From: Macrostomum hystrix
Lineage: Eukaryota; Animalia; Platyhelminthes
Assembly (NCBI GenBank): GCA_950097015.1
Contig: CATNEN010000038.1
Coordinates: 15,686,001-15,750,000, forward strand
Direction: 5' to 3'
DNA: 64,000 nucleotides
The translations under genes and the position numbers were made by a program. The notes beneath the pieces are model-generated. The model made no database searches. It worked only from the letters and a program-made list of their open reading frames with translations, and was not told the origin of the DNA. Below, piece by piece: positions 26,063-36,916 of the stretch (position 1 is its first letter; each line of letters begins with the position of its first letter).

Positions 26063-26838
26063 GCAGTCAGATGTCGTGCAGGCAGTTGTCGAGCAGGCAG
26101 TTGTCGTGCTGGCAGTTGTCGTGCATTCAGTTGTCGTGCTGGCAGTTGTCGTGCATTCAGTTGTCGTGCTGGCAGTTGTCGTGCATTCAGTTGTCGTGCT
26201 GGCAGTTGTCGTGCATTCAGTTGTCGTGCTGGCAGTTGTCGTGGATTCAGTTGTCGTGCTGGCAGTTGTCGTGCAGGCAGTTGTCGTGCAGGCAGTTGTC
26301 GTGCTGGCAGTTGTGGTGCAGTCAGTTGTGGTGCTGGCAGTTGTGGTGCAGTCAGTTGTGGTGCTGGCAGTTGTCGTGCATTCAGTTGTCGTGCTGGCAG
26401 TTGTCGTGCATTCAGTTGTCGTGCTGGCAGTTGTCGTGCAGGCAGTTGTCGTGCATTCAGTTGTCGTGCTGGCAGTTGTGGTGCAGGCAGTTGTCGTGCA
26501 TTCAGTTGTCGTGCTGGCAGTTGTGGTGCAGGCAGTTGTCGTGCTGGCAGTTGTGGTGCAGTCAGTTGTCGTGCTGGCAGTTGTGGTGCAGGCAGTTGTG
26601 GTGCAGTCAGTTGTGGTGCTGGCAGTTGTGGTGCAGTCAGCTGTGGTGCAGGCAGTTGTCGTGCAGGCAGTTGTGGTGCAGGCAGTTGTGGTGCAGGCAG
26701 TTGTGGTGCAGGCAGTTGTGGTGCAGGCAGTTGTGGTGCAGGCAGTTGTGGTGCAGGCAGTTGTGGTGCAGGCAGTTGTGGTGCAGGCAGTTGTGGTGCA
26801 GGCAGTTGTGGTGCAGGCAGTTGTGGTGCAGGCAGTTG
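26063..26838. repeat. Minisatellite, 15-nt unit CAGTTGT(C/G)GTGC(AGG/TGG/ATT/AGT)
   Basis: Directly visible; variants change in a gradient along the array. Confidence 0.97.
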
Positions 26839-26845
26839 GTAGCAG

Positions 26846-27110
26846 GTAGACCCGCAGCCAGCGAGGACGCAATTCTGACCATTACGCTGACTCCTGAGAA
26901 CACGCTTACACAGGTGTGTACATCTGCCCTGACTTTCTCATTGTCAGGCAGTGTACACTTTACTGTGCCTTGGAGGTTGGCCACTAAGGGCGTAAATTGC
27001 CTTCTCTCAAGCCTTCTCTCCGCGGCTGCGCCCCAATTTAACGTGGCCTCGCCGTGGAATCGTTGCGAGAGGCAAACGCGTTAGCTGCTCTGCCACTTGA
27101 CCCCCTAGGC
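26846..27110 (-). mobile_element. SINE family B copy, 3' tail replaced by minisatellite
   Basis: Reverse complement matches the head and body of 17811-18107. Confidence 0.8.
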
Positions 27111-27557
27111 GACACCGTATCCTTGGAGTCGAATTCGGAAGATGGATATAATTTTACTAGAATTCAGATGAAGGACGAGGTATGAAAAAAAGAAATAAAA
27201 ATGAAAAATGCACTGGCTCCAACCCTTTAACTTTCTTGTATAGAAAATTCCATTATACAGTTTGAGTCGCTTTTCAACCTTATGAGCACGTACATGTTTA
27301 GCTCACGCTTTTCTAATTTTGGGTAAGCACGGTTTCGAAGGCGTACAGTTTTACAACAAGGTACTTACGTCGATATTATTGGCGAATGTACACATACAGA
27401 CAAATGTACAGATGTACATGGGTATTCTCTAGTCAGGAATATGTACGAGCTCGCTCCGAACATGGAACTATGAGCTTGACTGACGCAAGCAGTATAAGCA
27501 AAGCAATAAATACAAACAAAAGTTTCATTCTAGAAGTCTAGAAGTCTCAAACCGAAC

Positions 27558-29124
27558 ATGGAGCTAAGTACTGTCTCCGACACGCTCCATAGACCCGTAT
27601 CTAAAGCCGCGGATGACGAGCAAACGGAAATATTACCCTTAAATCAAACAGAGACTACTGACAAAGAGCAAAATGAAAATCAACTTTTAGACAATGAAGA
27701 CCAACTGGGACAATCTACTGCTGAGCGCGCACTCTCTGGAGAAGATAGAATACATATTTTTCGTTCGACAGTGGTCCTGATCGGTATTGTTGTCATTGTA
27801 TTACTCGCTTTAATCTTGTGGCTATTATTCAGCCGTCTACCTGAGCAACAGCTGGCAGCTTCAGCAACAGTACCATCGACTAACACGACGGCCAACGATC
27901 CAACAGCCGGCACTCCGACTGGGAAACCCGACCCGATACCGAACGACGGCCAAAATCAGGTAAAAATGACGTCCATAGATCGTATACGAGCTCGTAATAA
28001 CGCTAAGAATGACTGTTAACAACATATTCGTATTTTCCAATCGAATGCAAATCCGTAGCGTATAATTTTTTGTTCACACCTAATATGCATGACAATATTT
28101 TATTTTCTTTTGTGAGAGTAAACACGTGAGGAATTTAACAAAATTGGCATTGCAGGCAGCCTTCTCCCTCGTGATTGATAAAAATCGCTTGCCCGATTGC
28201 CCTAAAAATGATGCCATCACTGAGACCTGTGCTAATCCAAAAAGCACTTTGATCACTATGAAAGGAGACAGCCAGCGTAAGCTTGTGACTATATATACTT
28301 ACTCTACTACAGAATAGCTTGATTAAAACAGTGGCTGGATTATTTGATTTCATTTCGCATTGCAGACCGTCTGATCCTGGGCCCTTTCGCTTGCCAATCG
28401 GACAGCAGAAATATATGCGATAGGATGCTAAGCGTTGGCAACCAAGTGTTCGTTAAACAAACCATGAGGTGCAAAATTTCAGCTCAGGTAATTAAATTTA
28501 TTGCAAGTCGATTCTAAGAAGCCATGCTTTATTGCGATGAACGGCTGTGCGACCCGCAACCAGCGAGTAGGCGAATGGACTTAATCCACCAGCCTACACT
28601 GGTCCGGAAATGGGGGTTTGGCTGGGATTTGTCTCACCAGTTTCTAGATTCAGAGCTCAATGCCTGAGCACAAGCGCACACAGATACCGTACGCAGGCAC
28701 ACACTCACAGGTGTGTACATCTGGCCATACTTTCTCATCGTCAGGCAGTGTACACACCCACTGTGCCTTGGAGGTTGGCCCATGTGCGCCCTAAATGAAT
28801 GCGGATTCGAGCTCAGGCACTTCGCCACTCTATCCTACATACAAAGTGCTTTTTCTCAATTCACAGGTAACGCTTAGGTCGAGGAGTAAGCATCGGCTAC
28901 CGATTGCGCTGCAGCTGAAAGTGAACAAAAATCGATTCCAGGGGGTCCGTGCCGTACTGGACGAAGATCCGGTGACTCTGCTCATTAGCGTCATTGCAGA
29001 TCGTCAACTGATGAAGGGCGACACAGTGTCCCTGGAGCTAATCTCCAACTCGGAAATGGCCACGGATGTAGATGTGGACAGGATGGAGTCCGTCACTCAT
29101 ATCGGACTGTCCTGCTTCTTTTGA
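27558..29124 (+). CDS. TNF-superfamily-like type II membrane protein, paralog 2 (spliced, 300 aa)
   Basis: Exons 27558-27959 (TM STVVLIGIVVIVLLALILWLLFS plus a Ser/Thr/Pro stalk, donor CAG|gtaaaa), 28156-28276, 28366-28487 and 28867-29124. Introns are GT-AG with phases 0/1/0, joining into one open frame. MLSVGNQVFVKQTMRCKISAQ|VTLR parallels TNF [37 protein letters not shown] parallels QLEKGDRLSAEI, and THIGL parallels VYFGI. Confidence 0.82.
28551..28830 (-). mobile_element. SINE family B copy in the last intron of TNF-like paralog 2
   Basis: Reverse complement of the family B body, with a contracted head (GAGTGGCGAAG...GAGCTCGAATCC). Confidence 0.75.
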
Positions 29125-29857
29125 TTATTTAACTGCAGTTAGTCTTGTGAACAGATTATTTTCTGAAAAAAAAATAATGTGCCATAAAAGCCATCCAAAT
29201 TAGAAATTTTTTTTCGATTTGATCAACACAAAAATCGGATAGAAAGAATTGTTACATTGTTAATTGTTATTGAAAAATACTTCAAAATCAATCAATAAAG
29301 CGTCACAATCGTGAATTAAAAACTGGCTTATTGTATCGTCTTGATTTGACCAATCGAATAGCAGATTTTGTGACTTTTATTAAAACACAAGATGTTTTAA
29401 TAAAAGTGGCAGATTGTGGCAGATTGTGGCAGATAATCAATCTGCGTGGCAGATTGACAACTCGAAACATAAAATAAACAGCGAATAAAATTTTTATTGA
29501 ACATAGACGCTAATGAAAGCAAAATTAATTTTTCATTTAAAAAACATTAATTGTTCGATTTTTAATTTATAAATCTACTACTGAGAGTAAGCATCATCGC
29601 TTGTTGTTGACAGTTTTTTATCCAAAATCGTAAAAAGACACAAAACTTCTAATAAATCAAAACCAGATTGAACAGAAAAGACAATATGCCAAATCGTCTG
29701 TATCTTTATTGTAAAAAATTAGTCTCGACTATAAAATATTGCATAAAAAAGGTTTCACTAAGTCTAAACCTATGTAGAATCTGTTTATTAACCTCAAACT
29801 AAATCCTCTTGTGGACAAACGTAAGTAGTCTTCCAGACAGTTTAATTCGATAAAAAA

Positions 29858-30706
29858 TCAATCGGCACCCGTTGGTTTTGGCACGGTGCTGTGATGCCGG
29901 TGAGATTTCACGCCACCGCTGCCGCTGCGGCCAAGAGACGACGTTGAAAACGACGTAGCCGCATCCTCCGCAGCCACTTCGTTATCGTCGCCGCGATCGA
30001 GGGAAGCTTCGACTTCGTGACTAGCGGCGGTACCGGCGGTGGCCGCGGCGGCGGCGGCGCTGTCAGCGGCGGTGACTCGACTGTGCTGACGACTGTGCTG
30101 CCGCATTTGCTGTTGCTGCTGCTGCTTGGCAGATGCTGCCTGGTGCTGCTTCTGCGAACGAATAGCCGTTGAACCGTCGCCAATTGCCGTAGAAGACGAG
30201 GCACTGCGGCGAGACAGCACCAAAGAGTGAATGCCAAACGCCAAGAAGGCTAGGAGAAGGACACCATCGACAGCGTACACCAGAGTGATCTGGGACAGGT
30301 AGGACGGCATGCTGTACACCTTGAGTGTGGCACTGGCATTGAACTGTCTGCCAGGCACTGAGCAGGTGTATTCGCCTGAATCGTGTGGAGTCAAATGAAT
30401 CGCAGTCAATGTGCCATTAACGGCGCTAATATTGGACTCCAGCCAGTTCCAGTATTCAATCTGGGTGCCATTGGGAAAGTACCAGATTAATTCGCTAGAG
30501 GTGTAATTGGCAGCCAAATGCTGGGACAGGTGGCAAGCTACGGTGGTGTTGCTGCCAGTAAGGAGTGACTGCTGATACGGCTCGGTGGACAGGGGCGGCT
30601 GCTCTTCCTCGGGTACGCTAGCCACGGTGGCAAACCGCTGAGCTAGAAACAGGACGCACATCAGCAGCGGCAGCAGCTGCCGGGTCAGCTGGCAAGCGAA
30701 GATCAT
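29858..30706 (-). CDS. Single Ig-domain type I membrane protein, paralog 1 (282 aa)
   Basis: ATG at 30706 follows the acceptor TTTTCCAG. The protein has a signal peptide, an Ig domain (VAC...LIWY...DSGEYTC), the TM ITLVYAVDGVLLLAFLAFGI and a low-complexity Q/A/S cytoplasmic tail. Confidence 0.88.
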   Translation of the reverse strand: MIFACQLTRQLLPLLMCVLFLAQRFATVASVPEEEQPPLSTEPYQQSLLTGSNTTVACHLSQHLAANYTSSELIWYFPNGTQIEYWNWLESNISAVNGTLTAIHLTPHDSGEYTCSVPGRQFNASATLKVYSMPSYLSQITLVYAVDGVLLLAFLAFGIHSLVLSRRSASSSTAIGDGSTAIRSQKQHQAASAKQQQQQQMRQHSRQHSRVTAADSAAAAAATAGTAASHEVEASLDRGDDNEVAAEDAATSFSTSSLGRSGSGGVKSHRHHSTVPKPTGAD

Positions 30707-30776
30707 CGGAGCTGGAAAACAATATTCAATAAAATGATGATAAAATGAATGAGTTGCGATCGTGTTGGAAGCCCAC

Positions 30777-31090
30777 ATAGGGTGAGTGGCAGAGCAGTCT
30801 AACGCGTTTGCCACTCGCACCAGGTCACTGAGCTCGATTCCGCGTCAAGGCCATGCACATTCATTTGGGAGATAAGGCTTGCGGGCTCGTCGTGCGCCCA
30901 TGAGAAAGTCAGGGCAGACGTACACACATCTGTGAGTGTGCGCCCGCGTACGGACGGTATCTGTGTGCGTGTGTTCTGAGGAGTCAGCGGAATGGGCAGA
31001 ATTGCCTCCTCGCTGGCTGCGGGTCTACAGTCACCAAATGATGTGCCATTGCATGGACACAACCATTCTGCTTATATTATTAATTATTAG
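30777..31090 (+). mobile_element. SINE family B copy
   Basis: Head GTGGCAGAGCAGTCTAACGCGTTTGCC...GAGCTCGATTCC, shared body and an ATT-rich tail. Confidence 0.8.
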
Positions 31091-31119
31091 AAGCGCGCAA
31101 TTATTTACTATTTTAAATG

Positions 31120-31385
31120 AGGTCTTAGTCATCACGGAGCCTGGCCTGCAGGTTGGGAGTTCGAATCTCAGCCTAGGAGAAACCACGTGTGTCCTGAAGC
31201 AAAGCAGAAAAAATTCCCACCCCATTAGTTCACTTAATCATTAAACAGCTGTCAGCATTGGCTGGGGTAGCTCGGGTGGGTGTGGTGCCCTCCTGCACAG
31301 TCCGCGGACTGAACGGGTGTACACAGCGCCACGTAGTAGCTGCGACTGGGCCACTGGCTGTACAAGTGGTCCAATTGGGTTAGGG
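31120..31385 (+). mobile_element. Diverged SINE family A copy
   Basis: B-box GAGTTCGAATCT; GGTGGGTGTGG...CAGTCC.(T/C)GGACTGAAC...CCAATTGGG is shared with 25145-25255. Confidence 0.65.
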
Positions 31386-31682
31386 GTGAAATTTCTTATC
31401 TTATCAAAAGCTAGAGAAATGTAAAGAGTAAGCGATAGTCTAGGAAAAAAAGAATTTTGAAACCGGACAAACACAGGCCAGTCAGATCATAAATCAATCA
31501 AATTTATTACTATTTTATATTTCTATCGACTGCTTAGAGGAATCAACTCAAAAAAAGTTTCTGGCTATAGGTTTTATGAGCTCATTAGTTTCCGTCAGCT
31601 TTTAATTGTGCCTCGAAACTTCAAATTTTATTAAATGAACTGTTTTAAAATATACTTTTGTTGTTTACAAATGTGCAAAAAA

Positions 31683-32625
31683 CTCCCTCTCAGATTCTCA
31701 GGTAGGATCGCCTCCCTCTCAGATCCTCAGGTAGGGTCGCCTCCCTCTCATATCCTCAGGTAGGGTCGCCTCCCTCTCAGATCCTCAGGTAGGGTCACCT
31801 CCCTCTCATATCCTCAGGTAGGGTCGCCTCCCTCTCAGATCCTCAGGTAGGGTCACCTCCCTCTCATATCCTCAGGTAGGGTCGCCTCCCTCTCATATCC
31901 TCAGGTAGGGTCACCTCCCTCTCAGATCCTCAGGTAGGATCGCCTCCTTCTCAGATCCTCAGGTAGGGTCACCTCCCTCTCAGATCCTCAGGTAGGATCG
32001 CCTCCCTCTCAGATCCTCGGGTAGGATCGCCTCCCTCTCAGATCCTCGGGTAGGGTCGCCTCCCTCTCAGATCCTCGGGTAGGATCGCCTCCCTCTCAGA
32101 TCCTGAGGGTAGGGTCGCCTCCCTCAGATCCTGAGGGTAGGATCGCCTCCCTCTTAGATCCTGAGGGTAGGATCGCCTCTCAGATCCTCAGGTAGGGTCG
32201 CCTCCCTCTCAGATTCTCAGGTAGGATCGCCTCCCTCTCAGATCCTCATGTAGGGTCGCCTCCCTCTCAGATCCTGAGGGTAGGGTCGCCTCCCTCTCAG
32301 ATCCTCGGGTAGGGTCGCCTCCCTCTCAGATCCTCGGGTAGGATCGCCTCCCTCTCAGATCCTGAGGGTAGGGTCGCCTCCCTCAGATCCTGAGGGTAGG
32401 ATCGCCTCCCTCTTAGATCCTGAGGGTAGGATCGCCTCTCAGATCCTCAGGTAGGGTCGCCTCCCTCTCAGATTCTCAGGTAGGATCGCCTCCCTCTCAG
32501 ATCCTCATGTAGGGTCGCCTCCCTCTCAGATCCTGAGGGTAGGGTCGCCTCCCTCAGATCCTGAGGGTAGGATCGCCTCCCTCTCAGATCCTCAGGTAGG
32601 ACGCCCAATCTGTCAGATCCTCAGA
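31683..32625. repeat. Minisatellite, 29-nt unit CCTCCCTCTCAGATCCTCAGGTAGG(G/A)TCG
   Basis: Directly visible; inverted partner at 33735-34596. Confidence 0.97.
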
Positions 32626-33734
32626 TCATTGACAGTGTTTTGACCTCTCGACTGTCGACTTTTCAGGGTTACAACTTACAAGCATCCTGAATAGTCAGAA
32701 AAGTGAATAGAAAACAACTTTAACGATGACGTCATACTCGAAGATTTCCCTAGGTAGAATATCAAGCCCGCTTATTAGTGTTGTTTCTTCAGAAGACTGT
32801 CAACACGCGATGCAGAAAATGATCACATGCGAGCTAGCTAGTGCATGTTGTTGCGTTGTCTAAAATGTATTCTCCTTTACAGCAATTTAGGCCTTAGCGA
32901 CAAGGTAAAAATCAGCGGACAAAGTTAAAACTATGATCACAGGCCAGGGATATCAGGTGGCAATTAGAAACAGGTCCAACAAGTTGCTATAGGCCAAAAG
33001 ACAATGAAAAATAGACAGCCGACAGAAAAAGTCTTGTCTAACATGCCAGATATTTTAAATTCTAAATTTCTCTTCATCATCCTTTGCCGCATCCTGTCTT
33101 GCGATCGAGGTTGTGTGAGGTGGGTGCAGCTTGCTTGCAGCAACGCCCCCGCTACCGTGCGGGCGAGGCGAAGGCATTCTGCATCTTTTGTAACTGGAAA
33201 ACAAGAGAGAGAGTGAAAGACTCCGGCGACAGAAAAAGCTGAGTAGGGTAGGCGGGGCCCGGTGCCGTATCCATCTAATCACAGGAAATGGGAGAGGCCA
33301 ACTAGCAAGGGGTGGGGAGAAATTATCAGGAAGGATGAGACGGCGGTGCCGGCAGAAGGCGCACGCCAGAGCTATAACTGACGAAGCAAAAGAGAAGCGG
33401 CAACCGAGTATCATCATCATTATCAGTATCATCATCATCAACGATGGCTTCATTTTTCTTATCCTTTTCTTCTTTGTCAACTGACTCACAACTCACAGGG
33501 AACATCTTTCACTATATCTATGTTAGACCAAGCATCAATCAACGCCAACTCATAGAGACTAGATTCTAACATTTCACTAATTGGCACTACACGGGACAGG
33601 ACTAGACAGGTGAGGCTTAGGTAAGAGAATACATTTGTAAGCGAAATTAAAGCTGCCTGTAATTTATTGACTAGAACTGGAGAATTCTCGCTTTCAGGGG
33701 ATAGGAGAAAATAAATAAACAAGATAGAGGGGGA

Positions 33735-34596
33735 GAGAAGGAGGCGATCCAACCTGAGGATCTGAGAGGGAGGCGATCCTACCTGAGGATCTGAGAAGGA
33801 GGCGATCCTACCTGAGGATCTGAGAGGGAGGCGGCCATATCTGAGGATCTGAGAAGGAGGCGATCCAACCTGAGGATCTGAGAAGGAGGCGATCCAACCT
33901 GAGGATCTGAGAAGGAGGCGATCCTACCTGAGGATCTGAGAGGGAGGCGATCCTACCTGAGGATCTGAGAGGGAGGCGACCCAACCTGAGGATCTGAGAG
34001 GGAGGCGGCCCAACCTGAGGATCTGAGAGGGAGGCGGCCCAACCTGAGGATCTGAGAGGGAGGCGGCCCAACCTGAGGATCTGAGAGGGAGGCGGCCCAA
34101 CCTGAGGATCTGAGAGGGAGGCGGCCCAATCTGAGGATCTGAGAGGGAGGCGGCCCAACCTGAGGATCTACCTGAGGATAGGCGATCCTATCTGAGGATA
34201 GGCGATCCTACCTGAGGATCTGAGAGGGAGGCGGCCCAACCTGAGGATCTGAGAGGGAGGCGACCCTACCTGAGGATCTGAGAGGGAGGCGGCCCAATCT
34301 GAGGATCTGAGAGGGAGGCGGCCCAACCTGAGGATCTGAGAGGGAGGCGGCCCAACCTGAGGATCTGAGAGGGAGGCGGCCCAACCTGAGGATCTGAGAG
34401 GGAGGCGACCCTACCTGAGGATCTGAGAGGGAGGCGGCCCAATCTGAGGATCTGAGAGGGAGGCGGCCCAACCTGAGGATCTACCTGAGGATAGGCGATC
34501 CTACCTGAGGATAGGCGATCCTACCTGAGGATCTGAGATGCAGTCGGCCCAACCTGGGGATCTGAGAGGCAGACGCCCTACCTGAGGACCCTACCT
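33735..34596. repeat. Minisatellite, 29-nt unit CCTGAGGATCTGAGAGGGAGGCG(GCCCAA/ATCCTA), inverted relative to 31683-32625
   Basis: Reverse complement of the left-hand array unit. Confidence 0.97.
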
Positions 34597-35989
34597 AGGT
34601 GAAATGTGCTTGAACTGCTATTATTGATCAAGCTGACACTAGCGAGTTAACACAGCTGTCACGCAGCAAGCTCATTCACAAAACCGCATAGCACCCACCC
34701 ACACAAAAACCGCTTCCATGGAACTGCAAAAGCAAATAGATGCGAACCCGGATGGCGAACGCAAAAGAAGGAATAGAAAAAGGTAGTGCTCAATGCTACT
34801 GCTGAACAAAAGGCGTCACAAAATGCCCCAGCAGCTTCCGACAGAAAAGAAAAGGAACCCCGCCAAAGCTGAGAACAAATCTATTGGATTCTTCCTACGC
34901 TTTTCTATTCCTGTAAAAGTGCCTTACTTCATTGAGTGCAACGTTTTTTGTTTGCTTTCTATTATGCTTAGTCACGACTCTAGATAGTATATCCTAGTGA
35001 GAACACAAATGTATGATAAATACCTGGTTCTTAGAAAAGAAAGCAAAGTAGAAAGGCTTTTGATGAATTCATCATTTAAGCAAGCACCACGACTCGGCTG
35101 AAAACAATCGCCAGTATATTATTGATTTATCAAAGATCTGTTGACTAGGTCACCGCCTTGGTAGGCACAGCAAAATTACTTAATATTAGAAATTACGCTT
35201 TAAATACAATTAAAGCCTATTTGCAAAAACTGCAAATATATATATAGGTCACAGCAAATGTAATACAACCAATGAATGATATAATCTATGATTTTCAATA
35301 GTAAACCATGAGCTATTCTGTAACTAATAAAATAGAGAATTTCATAACAGACTGCAATTTAAAAAAATTTGAACATTTTTAACGAAACTCAAAATGAAAA
35401 AAGTCCAACACCACATCTGATTCAGGCTGCAAAAAATAATATCTTCAAAAATGAAGGGAACCGCATTACTCTATAAAATCACGTTGGATTTGGCTGTAGA
35501 CTTACATTCTCGATAAGCATGCAGTTGAGCATGTCTTTTGAAACCGAATACGAGCTGCATCCAAAAGCCTTAGGTTAGGGATCAGATAAGGGAAAGTAAA
35601 TCCTGAAGCCTGATTCTACATGGCCCAATGGATGCCTGAACACTCACAGAATTCAAGAATGTCAAAGAAGATTTGCGCCGGAGATTAAAGAAAAAAACAG
35701 ATCGATGACGTGTGGGCGGATGGTGCGAGATTTGTGCGTTGAGGGGAAAATATTTTTTCAGGGATTAAATATCCCACGATAGCATGGCACTATAGTTCGT
35801 TGGGGATTGATTGATGCCCAGATCTGGCGCAGCAAATAAACAGAATAATATTTTCCTGTTGTAAAACTTACGCGAGGAAAACCTGATAACACTGAAAACA
35901 GTGGCCTACAGTCTGCACTGAGCTCAGTCTAGCTAATCAGAAGTACAAAATAAAAGCATGCCTTATTATATGTTCTTATAAATACGAGT

Positions 35990-36230
35990 TAATCGGGCCA
36001 GATATGCAGAAGACAGCATAGCCGCAGCAATGCGCATTACAAGCCTGCATACGGCTGTTCAGTCCGTGGACTGGAGAGGGGTGCCATACCTAACCTAAAT
36101 TACCGGGTGAGCTGATGCAATGCAGAGTTCAGTGGCTTGCTGTGTCTTGCTTCAGTGTCTACAGTCGGAAATTGAACCCCGACCTTTAAGCCGTGAGTCC
36201 GACGCTATAACCCTACAGGGCTAGAAACTC
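35990..36230 (-). mobile_element. SINE family A copy
   Basis: Reverse complement matches 24976-25255 (head GCGTCGGACTCACGGCTTAAAGGTCGGGGTTCAATTTCC; body CAGTCCACGGACTGAACAGCCGTATGCAG). Confidence 0.8.
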
Positions 36231-36403
36231 CTATTATAAAAATGTTATAAAAATGCACTAAAATAAGCGACAAATAAAGCTTCCGTTCACCAAAAGAAGA
36301 AAAATGCACCACAAGACTAACTGCAAGCTAAATAAACATAATCGAATATCAACAGGAATTTTGAGCTGCGAAAGCCACAAGTCTAACGTTTTTCTTACTC
36401 GAC

Positions 36404-36916
36404 TCAGACAACGCCACTGGTTGAAGGCTTAAAAGCAACCATAAGCGACATCGCACAGAAGACGCCAGCAATGACAGTGAGGACGCCGTCAATGGTGTAA
36501 ACAAGTGCTAAACTAAAAGCGTAGGATGGCATCTTATAAACAACCACATCAACACGGGCGGTCATATTGCAAGGAGCCAGACGGCACTGATAAGTGCCAG
36601 CATCGCTTGGTCGAGCCTTTGAGCACATCAAGACGCCATCGATTGATCGAATTCGCGCCAAACTAGAGTCGCTAATATGAATCCCACCGGGCGAGTACCA
36701 TTCCAAAGCGCTCGAGTTATATAGGCCTACACAAGCGCCAGTCGGGTATTTGTTTGGCAGGCGACAAGTGACACTAAAGCTGGCGTCAATCTCTGCTGAC
36801 GTCTGATTGCGCGACAAAATTAACCGATTGGCAGTTTGAATACGAGTAGCACACTGACTGGCTGATATTAGAAGCAGAAGAAACGTCACAACAATGAAAT
36901 TTGCCTTGGATTGCAT
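36404..36916 (-). CDS. Single Ig-domain type I membrane protein, paralog 2 (170 aa)
   Basis: Signal peptide, Ig domain (VTC...LEWY...DAGTYQC), TM LALVYTIDGVLTVIAGVFCAM and a very short tail. Shares VY.MPSY....LVY..DGVL with the 29858 gene. Confidence 0.88.
   Translation of the reverse strand: MQSKANFIVVTFLLLLISASQCATRIQTANRLILSRNQTSAEIDASFSVTCRLPNKYPTGACVGLYNSSALEWYSPGGIHISDSSLARIRSIDGVLMCSKARPSDAGTYQCRLAPCNMTARVDVVVYKMPSYAFSLALVYTIDGVLTVIAGVFCAMSLMVAFKPSTSGVV

Noticed and set aside
26039-26872. Thr/Cys-rich mucin-like ORF (CTTTA repeats)
   Set aside because: It starts inside a SINE, has no signal peptide or clear splice context, and several frames are open on both strands. An exon cannot be fully excluded without RNA data.
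30707-30820. N-terminal extension of the Ig ORF in the track
   Set aside because: It runs through a splice acceptor into a SINE; the signal peptide begins at ATG 30706.
33004-33752. ORFs in the core between the inverted 29-mer arrays
   Set aside because: No recognisable domain; they are partly produced by an (ATC)n tract. A LINE 3' remnant is possible, but I cannot support it.
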